From Longimicrobiales bacterium (GTDB taxonomy: Bacteria > Gemmatimonadota > Gemmatimonadetes > Longimicrobiales > Gaopeijiaceae), in the NCBI GenBank assembly GCA_965204735.1, contig OZ242008.1:448001-512000 (forward strand): 64,000 bases of DNA, read 5' to 3'. Positions 20,604 through 29,525 of this stretch are shown here, in pieces; positions within the stretch are counted from its first letter, which is position 1; every line of letters begins with the position of its first letter. The translations under genes were made by a program, and so were the position numbers. The notes below the pieces were generated by a model. The model was not told the DNA's origin, did no database searches, and saw only the letters and a program-made list of their open reading frames with translations.

Positions 20604-21230
20604 TCAACGCTGGTCGCCGTCGCCTGCGTCCTGGATCACTGGTCCCGGCACGTCGGCTTGGCGGTCGATCCGAGTTCCCCAATTCTCCTGCGGGCGGATC
20701 AGGAACAAGGCGTCGTACGCTGCGAGCGTGTTCACCGTGGTAGCCCTTCGACGGTCCCCGTCGGGTTCGTGGACGATCAGGTCCAGCTTGTCGGAGTCCC
20801 ACGCGCCGGCGACTCCGATGTGGGCCGTACCCCGCCAGCTGATCCGGTGTTCCCTCAGGGGAATCGCGATCGCAAGCTCGATGTCTCCCGAGACCTCCTC
20901 AACCCGGGCGAGGAGTTCGTCCTCGTCGATGTCGAGAGCGGCGGCGCTGCCTGTCAGCAGCCCGGCGCCTTCCGGGCTCCGCAGGTAGTCGGCCAGCAGC
21001 AGGCGGTGCTCGACCGCCGTAGAGGCTCTCATGGCCGCCAGGATGCTGTGCCGGACGGCGGGAGCGCCCAAGGCCGCGGCGGCAGCCCGCGCCAGCTGGG
21101 AGATGCCCTGGTCCGCCTGCGCGACGATCGGCGGCTCGGGCTCGTCGGTGGGGGCGACGGGACGCGAGGTCTCGTCGCACGCGGTCAGCGCCAGGGCTGC
21201 CGCGATGAGGAACTGCTTGGCGTATGTCAT
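20604..21230 (-). CDS. Hypothetical lipoprotein, first gene of the TBDR cluster
   Basis: Lipobox LALTAC; GAGGAGAAG RBS upstream. Confidence 0.7.
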   Translation of the reverse strand: MTYAKQFLIAAALALTACDETSRPVAPTDEPEPPIVAQADQGISQLARAAAAALGAPAVRHSILAAMRASTAVEHRLLLADYLRSPEGAGLLTGSAAALDIDEDELLARVEEVSGDIELAIAIPLREHRISWRGTAHIGVAGAWDSDKLDLIVHEPDGDRRRATTVNTLAAYDALFLIRPQENWGTRIDRQADVPGPVIQDAGDGDQR

Positions 21231-21375
21231 GCTGCTTCTCCTCTGCGGGGCGTCTCGGGCGCCTGCCCCGTCGGTTCGTCCGGGGGCCGGATCGGGCCGG
21301 CCCGCTCGTGCCCGTACTTCTTGCTACTCCGGTCGGCCCCCAAGGTTCCCGGAAGGGTTCCCGCGGCGGCGCAGG

Positions 21376-21500
21376 CGGGCTGACCAAGAACGAGCTCGCA
21401 AGGCCACCGAGAGGTGCCGAAGCCCGTTGCCGCAGAGCCCAGCGCATGACGGTCCATCGTCGCCGGAAGCGGATGCACCCGGCGAAAACCAAAGCTACTC
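21376..21500 (+). pseudogene. Remnant of the 3' end (HTH) of a sigma-54 activator gene
   Basis: GCATGACGGTCCATCGTCGCCGGAAGCGGATG (RMTVHRRRKRM) matches 9689-9720 (RMTLHRRRKRM). No upstream AAA domain. Confidence 0.65.
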
Positions 21501-21511
21501 ATGAGATAAAC

Positions 21512-21548
21512 GATGCATATTGCATCATATGACGCATCATATTGCATC
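21512..21548. promoter_or_regulatory. Putative UAS GATGCA-TAT-TGCATC plus a partial repeat
   Basis: Same palindrome as 9760, 143 bp upstream of the second sigma-54 promoter. Confidence 0.65.
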
Positions 21549-21654
21549 ATTATGCTAGTGAGCCTGATGAAGCCGCAAGAGTCGGCCAAGTACCTCACTC
21601 ATATCTCTTTCCCATCAACGCCTAGGCCCCCTTCGCAACGAGTCGCTGGCATGA

Positions 21655-21670
21655 TGGCACGAATATTGCC
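21655..21670 (+). promoter_or_regulatory. Sigma-54 (-24/-12) promoter
   Basis: TGGCACGAATATTGCC matches the consensus and is homologous to 9888-9903. Confidence 0.85.
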
Positions 21671-21749
21671 AGCTGTACGTTCAGCTGTACGTTGTAGTTG
21701 ACCGAGGCCGCACTGGGCCCGCAAACGCCGATGACGAGGATGGAGTCAA

Positions 21750-22949
21750 ATGGCGACAATCCGGCAGAGGACCAAGTTCCTCCTGGGCATCACTGCCCTC
21801 TTACTGGTGGGTGTCGCGTCTGCGCCGGAGCGCTTGGCCGGGGCTCCCGTGTTCCAGTCGCGGCCAATGGCCGACACGCTGCAGCACCACTGGACCCGGG
21901 CGGAGTTCAACGGCGTTCCTTTGGTTCGGCCCACGGTCTTGCTGGTCACCAGCTGGGACGAGATTTGGGTCACGGATGGGGGAGATCGAACAGTGTACAG
22001 GTGGTCCGTCGACGGAAAAGAACTGTCTTCGATCGGCCGAAACGGCGCTGGCCCCGGAGAGTACCTGAGTCCAGGCCTGTTGGTGGAACTAGATGAAGAC
22101 TCCGTGGGCGTCTGGGATCGCCAGTTGCAGCGCATGAGCTTCTTTGACAAAGTCGGCCGATTCCTGAGCTACCGGGAAATCGCCTTGTCGAGTGACTCTC
22201 ACGGCTTCATGACATCGGTGGGACTTCGGAACGACACGTCGTTGGTCATGTCGATTCGCTACCCTGGCCTAGAACCAAGCCCGGTCGACAATCGAGTCGT
22301 CCTATGGAGGTTCGTCGGCAACGGCCTTCGAGCGGACTCTCTTCTCTCCATGCCCGGCACACATATGGCAACCTTTCGACAAGACAACTACAGGACACGC
22401 TACCTGTCTCCCTTTACCCCTCATGCCTATGCCTTCATGACTCCCGACCGCCGTACCATCATAGGCTGGGGTGGACGTAGCAAGCTAGTCGTCTACGATT
22501 CCACCATGCAGCAGTCCAAAGTGGTGCCCTTGGGATTGCCCACGTTGCCCGTCACAAGGGAAAACAGAGACGCCTTTGCGGATTCCTTGTCGGTTGCTCT
22601 TGAACAAAACATAACCCGGTCCGGTGCTGGGCCGTCGGATCGCGCAGTAATGAGAACTATGCACCAGAGGGTACTTCGCGAGTTGAAGTTCCCAAGTGAT
22701 CACCCCCGCTACACCGACGCCTTCCTGGGTGTGGACGATCTCCTCTGGGTCCGACTCCCCGCAGACGCACACGCAAAGCACCTCGAGTGGCGAGCCTACG
22801 ACATGGATGGTTTCGGTCATGTCAGGACCGCATACATCCCTGCCGACGGATTGTTTCTGAACACGCGCACGGACGGTTCATCGTTTTTTGTTACCAAGCA
22901 GGACGAGCTGGGCCAGTCGTACTTGGCACAATACGGCCTTCGGCTCTGA
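21750..22949 (+). CDS. Secreted 6-bladed beta-propeller protein
   Basis: Signal peptide; SIGRNGAGPGEY and VGVWDRQLQRMSFFD. Visibly lower GC. Confidence 0.82.
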   Translation: MATIRQRTKFLLGITALLLVGVASAPERLAGAPVFQSRPMADTLQHHWTRAEFNGVPLVRPTVLLVTSWDEIWVTDGGDRTVYRWSVDGKELSSIGRNGAGPGEYLSPGLLVELDEDSVGVWDRQLQRMSFFDKVGRFLSYREIALSSDSHGFMTSVGLRNDTSLVMSIRYPGLEPSPVDNRVVLWRFVGNGLRADSLLSMPGTHMATFRQDNYRTRYLSPFTPHAYAFMTPDRRTIIGWGGRSKLVVYDSTMQQSKVVPLGLPTLPVTRENRDAFADSLSVALEQNITRSGAGPSDRAVMRTMHQRVLRELKFPSDHPRYTDAFLGVDDLLWVRLPADAHAKHLEWRAYDMDGFGHVRTAYIPADGLFLNTRTDGSSFFVTKQDELGQSYLAQYGLRL

Positions 22950-23015
22950 AGCTGGCCGCGATCGTCTCGAGTCGCGCCCGGAGCGCCGCTCGCTGCCGGC
23001 CCGACCGCCGTCAGG

Positions 23016-24362
23016 TCAGGAGATCGCTCGTCTGCGGAAGAGTCGATCCGCCAGCACGGCGGCTGCAGGGGCGGCGACGGCGGCCATGACGAGCCCGATG
23101 GCCCGGGAGCCGGCGAACCCGTCCTCTTCGCTCGTAAGGGCCAGGACGACGCCGGGCGCCGACATGACGGCGTTGGCCACGGCGTTCTTCCATGCGCTGC
23201 CGGAGGACAAGCTGGTGCGTCCCGCCCTGCCTACGGCGAACCCCACGCCGACGGACGGGCCCAGATACAGGACCAGTCGAGCGCCGGCGTTGGCTGCGGT
23301 TCCGCACTTGGGCTTGGAGAAGTGGCGAGCGAGGCCGTCGAAGTCGAGGCAGCGGCGGGACACGGCGTAGCCGACCAGCAGTCCGGCGGTGTTGGCTGCC
23401 GAGGCGGCGGCCATGGCCCGCCCCCAACCGTAGGGTCGGGACTCGAGCGACCAGTCGTAGGTGCGGCCGAAGGAAGTGCCGCGGCTGTCGGGGAACGAGG
23501 CGCCGGAGAACGTCTCGATCACCACCACCCCGAACCTGGAGTCGGTTCCGTAGCGGACGCCGGCCTCTCCGGGCGGCACAGCCTCCACGCTTCTCACGTC
23601 CGTGATGGGAAGCGTGTTGAGCGTCAGCAGGCCGTTGGCCTGGCGGACGTTGTCCACGACGACCACGGGCGCCAGGCACCCGCTGCCTGCGAGGGCGAAG
23701 GGACTGCGGAACTCCACGCAGACCATCTCGCCGGGCTGGCTGCGACCGCTGCGGACCCGCATCCCGGGCAGCAGCTGGGCAAGGGCGTTGATCAGGTGGG
23801 CGCCGGTTCGTGCAACGGGGGCGAGCTCCTCGGCGGTGATCCTGTGGCGCGCCGTTCCCCGCGCTCGATCCAGGCGCGCTTCCCGGGTGGGGACCTCCAC
23901 GACCACGGGGCTCAATGCAATGGTCGAACGGGACAAGGCGATCCGCAGGGCGATGGGCTCCCCGTCCGCCAGCGCGAGCTCTTCGCTGAAAGCGCCGTAT
24001 GCAAGGTGGGCGACGGCGACTTCGTACCGGCCGTCGGGCGCGCGCTCGACTCGGAAGAGGCCGGAGGGAGTGGTCTCGACTTCGATCCGGGAGTGGCCGG
24101 CGTCGTCGCGGGCCCGGTTCTCGACGGCGCCTTCGGCGGCCTCCACGAGGACCAATTCGACCACTGCGCCTTCGATCCCCCGGCCGGTTTCCGCGTCCAC
24201 GACCCGCCCGGAGATTCGCGGCGGCCGTTCGCGTTCCTGGGGCGCGGCAAGGCCGTCGAGGGGCGTCGAGCCCGCTGCCGCCGAGCCCAGTGCGAGCCCC
24301 AGCGCCGCCGCCAGCCGCAACGCCTCGCGGCGCCGGCCGGCGGCCTTCCACCGCGCTACCAA
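23016..24362 (-). CDS. Carboxypeptidase-regulatory-like domain + TonB plug-like domain protein with hydrophobic C-terminus
   Basis: ISGRVVDAETGRGIEGAVV, GRYEVAVAHLAY, VRSVEAVPPGEAGVRYGT. Start uncertain (TTG overlapping the upstream stop). Confidence 0.65.
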   Translation of the reverse strand: MVARWKAAGRRREALRLAAALGLALGSAAAGSTPLDGLAAPQERERPPRISGRVVDAETGRGIEGAVVELVLVEAAEGAVENRARDDAGHSRIEVETTPSGLFRVERAPDGRYEVAVAHLAYGAFSEELALADGEPIALRIALSRSTIALSPVVVEVPTREARLDRARGTARHRITAEELAPVARTGAHLINALAQLLPGMRVRSGRSQPGEMVCVEFRSPFALAGSGCLAPVVVVDNVRQANGLLTLNTLPITDVRSVEAVPPGEAGVRYGTDSRFGVVVIETFSGASFPDSRGTSFGRTYDWSLESRPYGWGRAMAAASAANTAGLLVGYAVSRRCLDFDGLARHFSKPKCGTAANAGARLVLYLGPSVGVGFAVGRAGRTSLSSGSAWKNAVANAVMSAPGVVLALTSEEDGFAGSRAIGLVMAAVAAPAAAVLADRLFRRRAIS

Positions 24363-27300
24363 TCGATTCGCCAGATCCGTCCTCCTTCTCCCGCCGCCCA
24401 GCCCACCCGCCCTTCGGGAGCGAAGGCCACCGCCCAGGCGCTCACGCCGGGGATCGGCTGCCAGCTTCGGCCCGAGTCGGCGGTGTAGGCCGCGCCCGGC
24501 GGCGCCACCGCGACCACGCGCCTGCCCGCCGACGAGACGGCGACCGCGCTTCCGTACACCGCCCCCGGGACGGGAACGGGCGCCGCTTCGGTCCAGCTCG
24601 TGCCGCCGTCGGGCGTAGCTGCCGCGTTGGCGACGACTTGGTCCTGGGCCCTCAAGTCGCCCCCCAGCGCCATTGCAAGTTCCCCGCCCCCGGCAGCAAG
24701 CGTGAACGCGCCCGCGGCCGGTCCCGCCGGAAGGGGAAGGGCGGTCGCGGTCCAGCGGCGGCCGTAGTCCCGGGTGACCAGGAGACGGGCGGCGTCGCCG
24801 GCGCCGGTTCCGATCCAGCCTTGCCCCGACGGCCCCGCAAGCGCGCACGTGCCGCTGGCGGCGAAGCCCCCCTCCGAGCCGGCCGCCGGGGGCAGGTCGC
24901 GAGGCAAGACGCGGCTCCAGCGCTTCCCCCCGTCGCCGGTGACGAGGACGTAGGGGACGCCGTCGAACGAGTCCCCGTAGGCGAAGCCTCTGTCGGCGTC
25001 CCAGAAGTCGAGGCAGTCCAGGAAGCCGTCCGGCTCGTCCATGAGGAAGTCCAAGCGCCACGACTCGCCGCCGTCCCTGGTGGCGTAGATGCGGGACGAG
25101 GGGCCGCTGCCCGAGGTCATCGCCACCGCCGACTCCCAGGAGAAGGCGTGCACGTCGCGGAACTGCAGGGAGTCGCCTCCGGGAGCCGAGACTCGGCGCC
25201 ACGAGCCGCCGCCGTCGTCGGTGCGAAGCAGGACCCCGCCGTGTCCGCCTGCCCACGCCACCTCCTCGGAAACGACGCTGACCGCCTGGAGGACCATTGC
25301 GACGCCCGACTCCTGCTCGGCGACGATGGGGTCGGCGCCCCCCGCGCCTTCGGTCGCGTCGCCCTCGGCCCCCGCGCCTCTGTCCGTCCCGGCGGCTCGT
25401 CCCGCCTCTGGGTCGCCGCCGGCCTCTGGGTTGCCGCCCGCGTCTTCGCCTCCGCCCGCTTCCAGGTCGCCGCCCGCTTCCGCGCCTCCGCCCGCTTCCG
25501 CGCCCCGTCGCCGGTAGATCTGCCGCGCCTCCTCGAACTGGGCGAAGACGTGCTCCTTCTCCCGCTCGGAACGCCATCCGGGCCACTCCCGAGCCATCGC
25601 TTCCAGCTTGTCGATCCATCGGACGGCGTAGTCGGCGGCGGCGGCGCTGCGCACGGGCCGGCCCGCCACGCGCACCCACACCGGGTTGGTGAACGCCTGG
25701 GGGTAGGTCGTGTCCAGCGGCCAGCGGTCCTCCCGCCGTCCTTCGACCCGCAGGTGGAACCACCCGCTCCCGGGCACGGCGACCCGTTCGTCCATGGACA
25801 GTTCGCGCCGGTTCCCGTCGAACGCCCACTCCCGCACCACCTCGCCGTTGAAGACCAGCTCCGCCCGGTCCAGCGCCACTACGCTCCACACCCTCCCGCG
25901 CACCGACACTTGGCCGGGAGCATCCAGCTCCACGTCGCCTCCCGGCCCTCGGCCGTCCACCGAGAACTCGATCAGCGGCCCGGAGCTCGCGTACGCCCGG
26001 CCCGCCCGCAGCCCAGCGAACCAACCGTCCATGGACAGGCCCCCGTCGCGAGTGCGCACGTAGGTCCGCATGGAACCCACCAACGGCGTCGCGTGAAGGC
26101 TGGAGATCGAGTCCTCGCCGCCGACTGCGGCCACCCGGAACCCATTGTTCCACACGGCGTAGAGGGGAGGCCAGCCGTCTTGCGGCGTGGACCACTCCAC
26201 CGCGTCGGCGGCCGCCAGCGCCGCGTCCACGATGAAGCCCTTGGCGCCGCCCAGGTTCCCCTCCAGCGGGTCGCCCGAGTAGAACGAGTGCACGTATCCA
26301 GTCGTCGCCCCTTGAGCCTTCGCCTTCCGCAGCATGTCGGTGTTGCTGGGGTACAGGCTCTCTATTGCGGTGCCCTCGTACCCGGTGGCGTAGGGCGCGA
26401 TCAGGTGGTCCCGGTGTCCGAACATGAACACGTGCCCGTAGAAGGGCGGGCGGTACTCCTGGCCCACCACCAGCATCCGCTCGGGCTCGGAGAGCGGGTG
26501 CGCGCCCCCGCCGGGAACCCAGTACTGGTGGTCGAGGACGCGGTTGTCCTTGTTGGCCACCTGCTCGTTCACGACGTCCTGGTCCTCGGCGGCCGACATC
26601 ATCATCAAGTTGGACAAGGAGTTGCGCAGGTTGCCGGCGTAGTTCATGTGCACGTGGGTGGAGCCGGAGAACCACCCGTCGTCCGACACGTCCGACACCT
26701 CTTCCAGCACCACGGCCAGGGCGGCGACCTCGCCTTCGCGGATCTCCACCTGCCGGGTGTCGGGACGTGTCTCGAAGCCCCGAACCACCGTGATTCGGGC
26801 GGGGCCCACGGGCAGCTCGACGGTGAAGGAACCGGGGTGGTGGAAGACCCTGTCGCCCTCGCGGCTGACTCGGGCGTAGGCGTCGGCGGGGGCGTAGAAC
26901 TTGCCGTCCGCCGCCTCCAGGTGGACCCGCGTGGCCATTGCCCGGCCCGCTTGGTCCAACGTCGCGACCGAGAGGGTTCCCATGGGCCGGGCCCAGCGTC
27001 GCTCGGTGATTTCGACCTTCCGCAGGGCGCCGCCGTTGGTCTCCAGAAGGTGGAGGTGGGGAAGGCCGTCCCCGCCGCCGTCCCCGTGAGCGCCCGCCGA
27101 GGCTTCTCCGTTGGCCACGAAGGCGATCCATTCGGCGTCTGGAGACCAGCGGGGGTGAAAGGCGTCGTGCCGGAAGAAGGTGAGCTTGTACGGTTCGCCG
27201 CCGACCGTCGGCTGCACGTAGAGGTTCTGGAACTGATCGGCGGCCCCCGCCGTGGAAGAGTAGACGAAGCGCTTGCCGTCGTACGCCACGTCGGGCTGGG

Positions 27301-28219
27301 TGCGGTACAGCGTCTGTTCGTCCAGGACGACTCGGCGCTCCTCGATGCCGCCGGCCTTCGCGGGCACGCGATAGACGTTGCCGCTGCCCAGGGCCACGTC
27401 CCGGTTGGAGACCAGCAGCAGCTCGTCGCCCCCCGGAAGCCACGCCGGCGAGATGTGCATGTCCCACGAACCGAAGTAGAGTCGGTCGCGCCCGAAGGAG
27501 TTGTCCTCGGTGACCGCTTCGGGCGGGCCGGTCCAGCGACCGTCGGCGAAGGGGCGGACGTAGACGTTGAAGTATCCGCTGGGCGCCGTGGAGACGTACG
27601 CGATCCGGCTCCCGTCCGGCGAGAAGCGGGGGTCGGCATGAACGTGGCGGGGGTCGCCGGGGCTGGTCGGGCCGGGGCTGGTCGGGTTGCCGGGACTGGT
27701 CGGGTTGCCTGGGTCGGTCGGGTCGTCGGGGTTGGCCAACTCGCCGGGGCCGGTCAGAGACAGACGCTCGCCGGTGGCGGTGTTCATGACCTCGAGGGCT
27801 ATTGCGCCGCCCCCGTCGTCGGCGGTGTAGACGAGCCACTCGCCGCTTGGGGAGTAGTTGGGGGACGAGTAGTAGTCGGCGCCGTGGACGACCTCCACGG
27901 CCGTGCCCGTGGCCGGGTCCACTTCCCAGATCGAGCCGCTCATCGACACGGCGATCCTCTCGCCGTCGGGACGCCACTCCGGATACCAGGGGGACGAGGC
28001 CGGGGCGGGGGGAAGGTAGAAGTTGTGCATGTAGTTGCCGCCGTGGGCGGCCGCGGGGTAGGCGCGCTGGGCGGCCGCGGCGGCGGTCGGCAGGACCGAA
28101 GCGAAGACCGAGGCCAGGACCAGGACGGCCGGCAAGGCCGAGCAGGCGGGCGGGAGCTTCGCGGCGCGGGTCCCGGCGGAACCGGCGGGAGACCAAGGAT
28201 GGAAGGAATGGCGGGTCAT
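24356..28219 (-). CDS. Fusion: PD40/TolB repeats + CehA/McbA-family (PHP-like) metallohydrolase + BNR/Ycf48-like propeller
   Basis: PEWRPDG/PRFSPDG/PRWSPD repeats; WFSGSTHVHMNY, GQEYRPPFYGH, GGEDS, AFTNPVWV; then LLRTDDGGGSW/YATRDGGESW Asp boxes. Confidence 0.82.
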   Translation of the reverse strand: MTRHSFHPWSPAGSAGTRAAKLPPACSALPAVLVLASVFASVLPTAAAAAQRAYPAAAHGGNYMHNFYLPPAPASSPWYPEWRPDGERIAVSMSGSIWEVDPATGTAVEVVHGADYYSSPNYSPSGEWLVYTADDGGGAIALEVMNTATGERLSLTGPGELANPDDPTDPGNPTSPGNPTSPGPTSPGDPRHVHADPRFSPDGSRIAYVSTAPSGYFNVYVRPFADGRWTGPPEAVTEDNSFGRDRLYFGSWDMHISPAWLPGGDELLLVSNRDVALGSGNVYRVPAKAGGIEERRVVLDEQTLYRTQPDVAYDGKRFVYSSTAGAADQFQNLYVQPTVGGEPYKLTFFRHDAFHPRWSPDAEWIAFVANGEASAGAHGDGGGDGLPHLHLLETNGGALRKVEITERRWARPMGTLSVATLDQAGRAMATRVHLEAADGKFYAPADAYARVSREGDRVFHHPGSFTVELPVGPARITVVRGFETRPDTRQVEIREGEVAALAVVLEEVSDVSDDGWFSGSTHVHMNYAGNLRNSLSNLMMMSAAEDQDVVNEQVANKDNRVLDHQYWVPGGGAHPLSEPERMLVVGQEYRPPFYGHVFMFGHRDHLIAPYATGYEGTAIESLYPSNTDMLRKAKAQGATTGYVHSFYSGDPLEGNLGGAKGFIVDAALAAADAVEWSTPQDGWPPLYAVWNNGFRVAAVGGEDSISSLHATPLVGSMRTYVRTRDGGLSMDGWFAGLRAGRAYASSGPLIEFSVDGRGPGGDVELDAPGQVSVRGRVWSVVALDRAELVFNGEVVREWAFDGNRRELSMDERVAVPGSGWFHLRVEGRREDRWPLDTTYPQAFTNPVWVRVAGRPVRSAAAADYAVRWIDKLEAMAREWPGWRSEREKEHVFAQFEEARQIYRRRGAEAGGGAEAGGDLEAGGGEDAGGNPEAGGDPEAGRAAGTDRGAGAEGDATEGAGGADPIVAEQESGVAMVLQAVSVVSEEVAWAGGHGGVLLRTDDGGGSWRRVSAPGGDSLQFRDVHAFSWESAVAMTSGSGPSSRIYATRDGGESWRLDFLMDEPDGFLDCLDFWDADRGFAYGDSFDGVPYVLVTGDGGKRWSRVLPRDLPPAAGSEGGFAASGTCALAGPSGQGWIGTGAGDAARLLVTRDYGRRWTATALPLPAGPAAGAFTLAAGGGELAMALGGDLRAQDQVVANAAATPDGGTSWTEAAPVPVPGAVYGSAVAVSSAGRRVVAVAPPGAAYTADSGRSWQPIPGVSAWAVAFAPEGRVGWAAGEGGRIWRIDW

Positions 28220-28356
28220 GGCGTCTGGGCAGCTCGGGAAGCGGCGGGCGCGACAGGTGAACGTTTGCCGCCCGGTGATCGTACCGCTGCACAAGCGATC
28301 GCACCAACGCCCACGAACGCACCAACGCCCACGAACGACGAGAGGAACCGGCTGAA

Positions 28357-28908
28357 ATGACTGAAGCCGCCGAGACCGAAGACCGAAGCGGCGCTCTCGC
28401 GTCGCAGGACGCGACCGACAACGAGCAGGACGCGACCGACCAGGATCGGCGCCCCAGGGACCGGCTTCCCGAGGGCCCGCGCCCGTTCGGCGTCGATCGC
28501 TTGCCCCCGCTCGCGGGGTGGCCCCGGCGTCCGCTGCTGCGGTGGACCTGCGGCGGCGCGGCGGCGGTGGCGGCCGTCGTCCTTCCGTTCTTGCTGGGAC
28601 GAGCCTTCGGACCGGCGCTGCGCGGAGCGGCCATGGTGACCACCGCGACCAGCCCGGCGGCTTCGGTGGTCGCGTTCGACGACGCTTCCCGGACCGCCGC
28701 CGCGTTCATGGCGGGCAGGGACACCGCCACGGTGAGGGTGCGCCGGCCGACGACGGCCCGCGAACTCCTCCGCCTCTACCACCTGGAGAACAACCTTTCG
28801 GCCCGGGCCGCGCTCCTGGAACAGCTTGGGGTTGCGGACCTGGAGACCGTGCTGCCCGAGGGCTCTTCCTTCTCCTTCGTGCTCTCGCCGGAACGCCTGG
28901 AACCGTGA
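28357..28908 (+). CDS. Single-TM hypothetical protein with possible LysM-like C-terminal domain (operon gene 1)
   Basis: TM AAAVAAVVLPFLLG; tail VRVRRPTTARELLRLYHL...LPEGSSFSF resembles the LysM pattern. GAGAGG RBS. Confidence 0.6.
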   Translation: MTEAAETEDRSGALASQDATDNEQDATDQDRRPRDRLPEGPRPFGVDRLPPLAGWPRRPLLRWTCGGAAAVAAVVLPFLLGRAFGPALRGAAMVTTATSPAASVVAFDDASRTAAAFMAGRDTATVRVRRPTTARELLRLYHLENNLSARAALLEQLGVADLETVLPEGSSFSFVLSPERLEP

Positions 28909-29525
28909 GCGGGAGGGACAGGCGCGCGCAGGACGGGCAGGAACGCGAGCAGGTGCTGTACGAGCGCGAGCAGGAGCTGACGAAGCTGTACCGCCAGGTC
29001 CTGGAGGCGGTCCGCGAGGACGCCGAGGAGGCGATCGGGGAAGCAGTGCGAAGCGCGGCGCCGACGGCGGCCGACTGGGAAGGGATCGTGCGGCGCGTGG
29101 TGCGGGAGGAGATGGCGGGGGTCGCGCCCGCCGGAGCCGAGGGGGCCGGTTCGGCGCCCGCGCGCAAACCGGCTTCGAAGCTGTGGCCGACGTGGGCTGC
29201 GGCCGGCGTGGGCGCCGTGGGGGCGGCGATGCTCGTGGGAGCGGGGTGGTGGATGGGAAGGCTGTCGGGACCGTGGCCGGAGAGGGCGACGGACGCGGGC
29301 GGCGTTCCAGCGGTCGCGACGGACACGACGGCTCCGTCCGTGGACGCGACGCCGGACGGAGCGGCGGACACGGCGGCGGGCGTGAGGACGGACACTCTGA
29401 TGGACATTACGACGGACACAATGGGCGCAAACGGCAATCTTTTGCAGGTCGTTCCGCCGGACACGACACCGGACAGTGCAAGGGACATTTTGGGCCTCGA
29501 AATCTTGCCGAAAGGTGTCCCGTGA
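28905..29525 (+). CDS. Single-TM hypothetical protein: N-terminal helical region, low-complexity T/D/A tail (gene 2)
   Basis: GTGA overlap; TM WAAAGVGAVGAAMLVGAGWW. Confidence 0.65.
   Translation: MSGRDRRAQDGQEREQVLYEREQELTKLYRQVLEAVREDAEEAIGEAVRSAAPTAADWEGIVRRVVREEMAGVAPAGAEGAGSAPARKPASKLWPTWAAAGVGAVGAAMLVGAGWWMGRLSGPWPERATDAGGVPAVATDTTAPSVDATPDGAADTAAGVRTDTLMDITTDTMGANGNLLQVVPPDTTPDSARDILGLEILPKGVP

Noticed and set aside
23016..28730. 1904-aa minus-strand ORF as one gene
   Set aside because: Only the last ~450 codons look protein-like; the rest is an Arg/Pro-rich off-frame overlap of the CehA/McbA gene.
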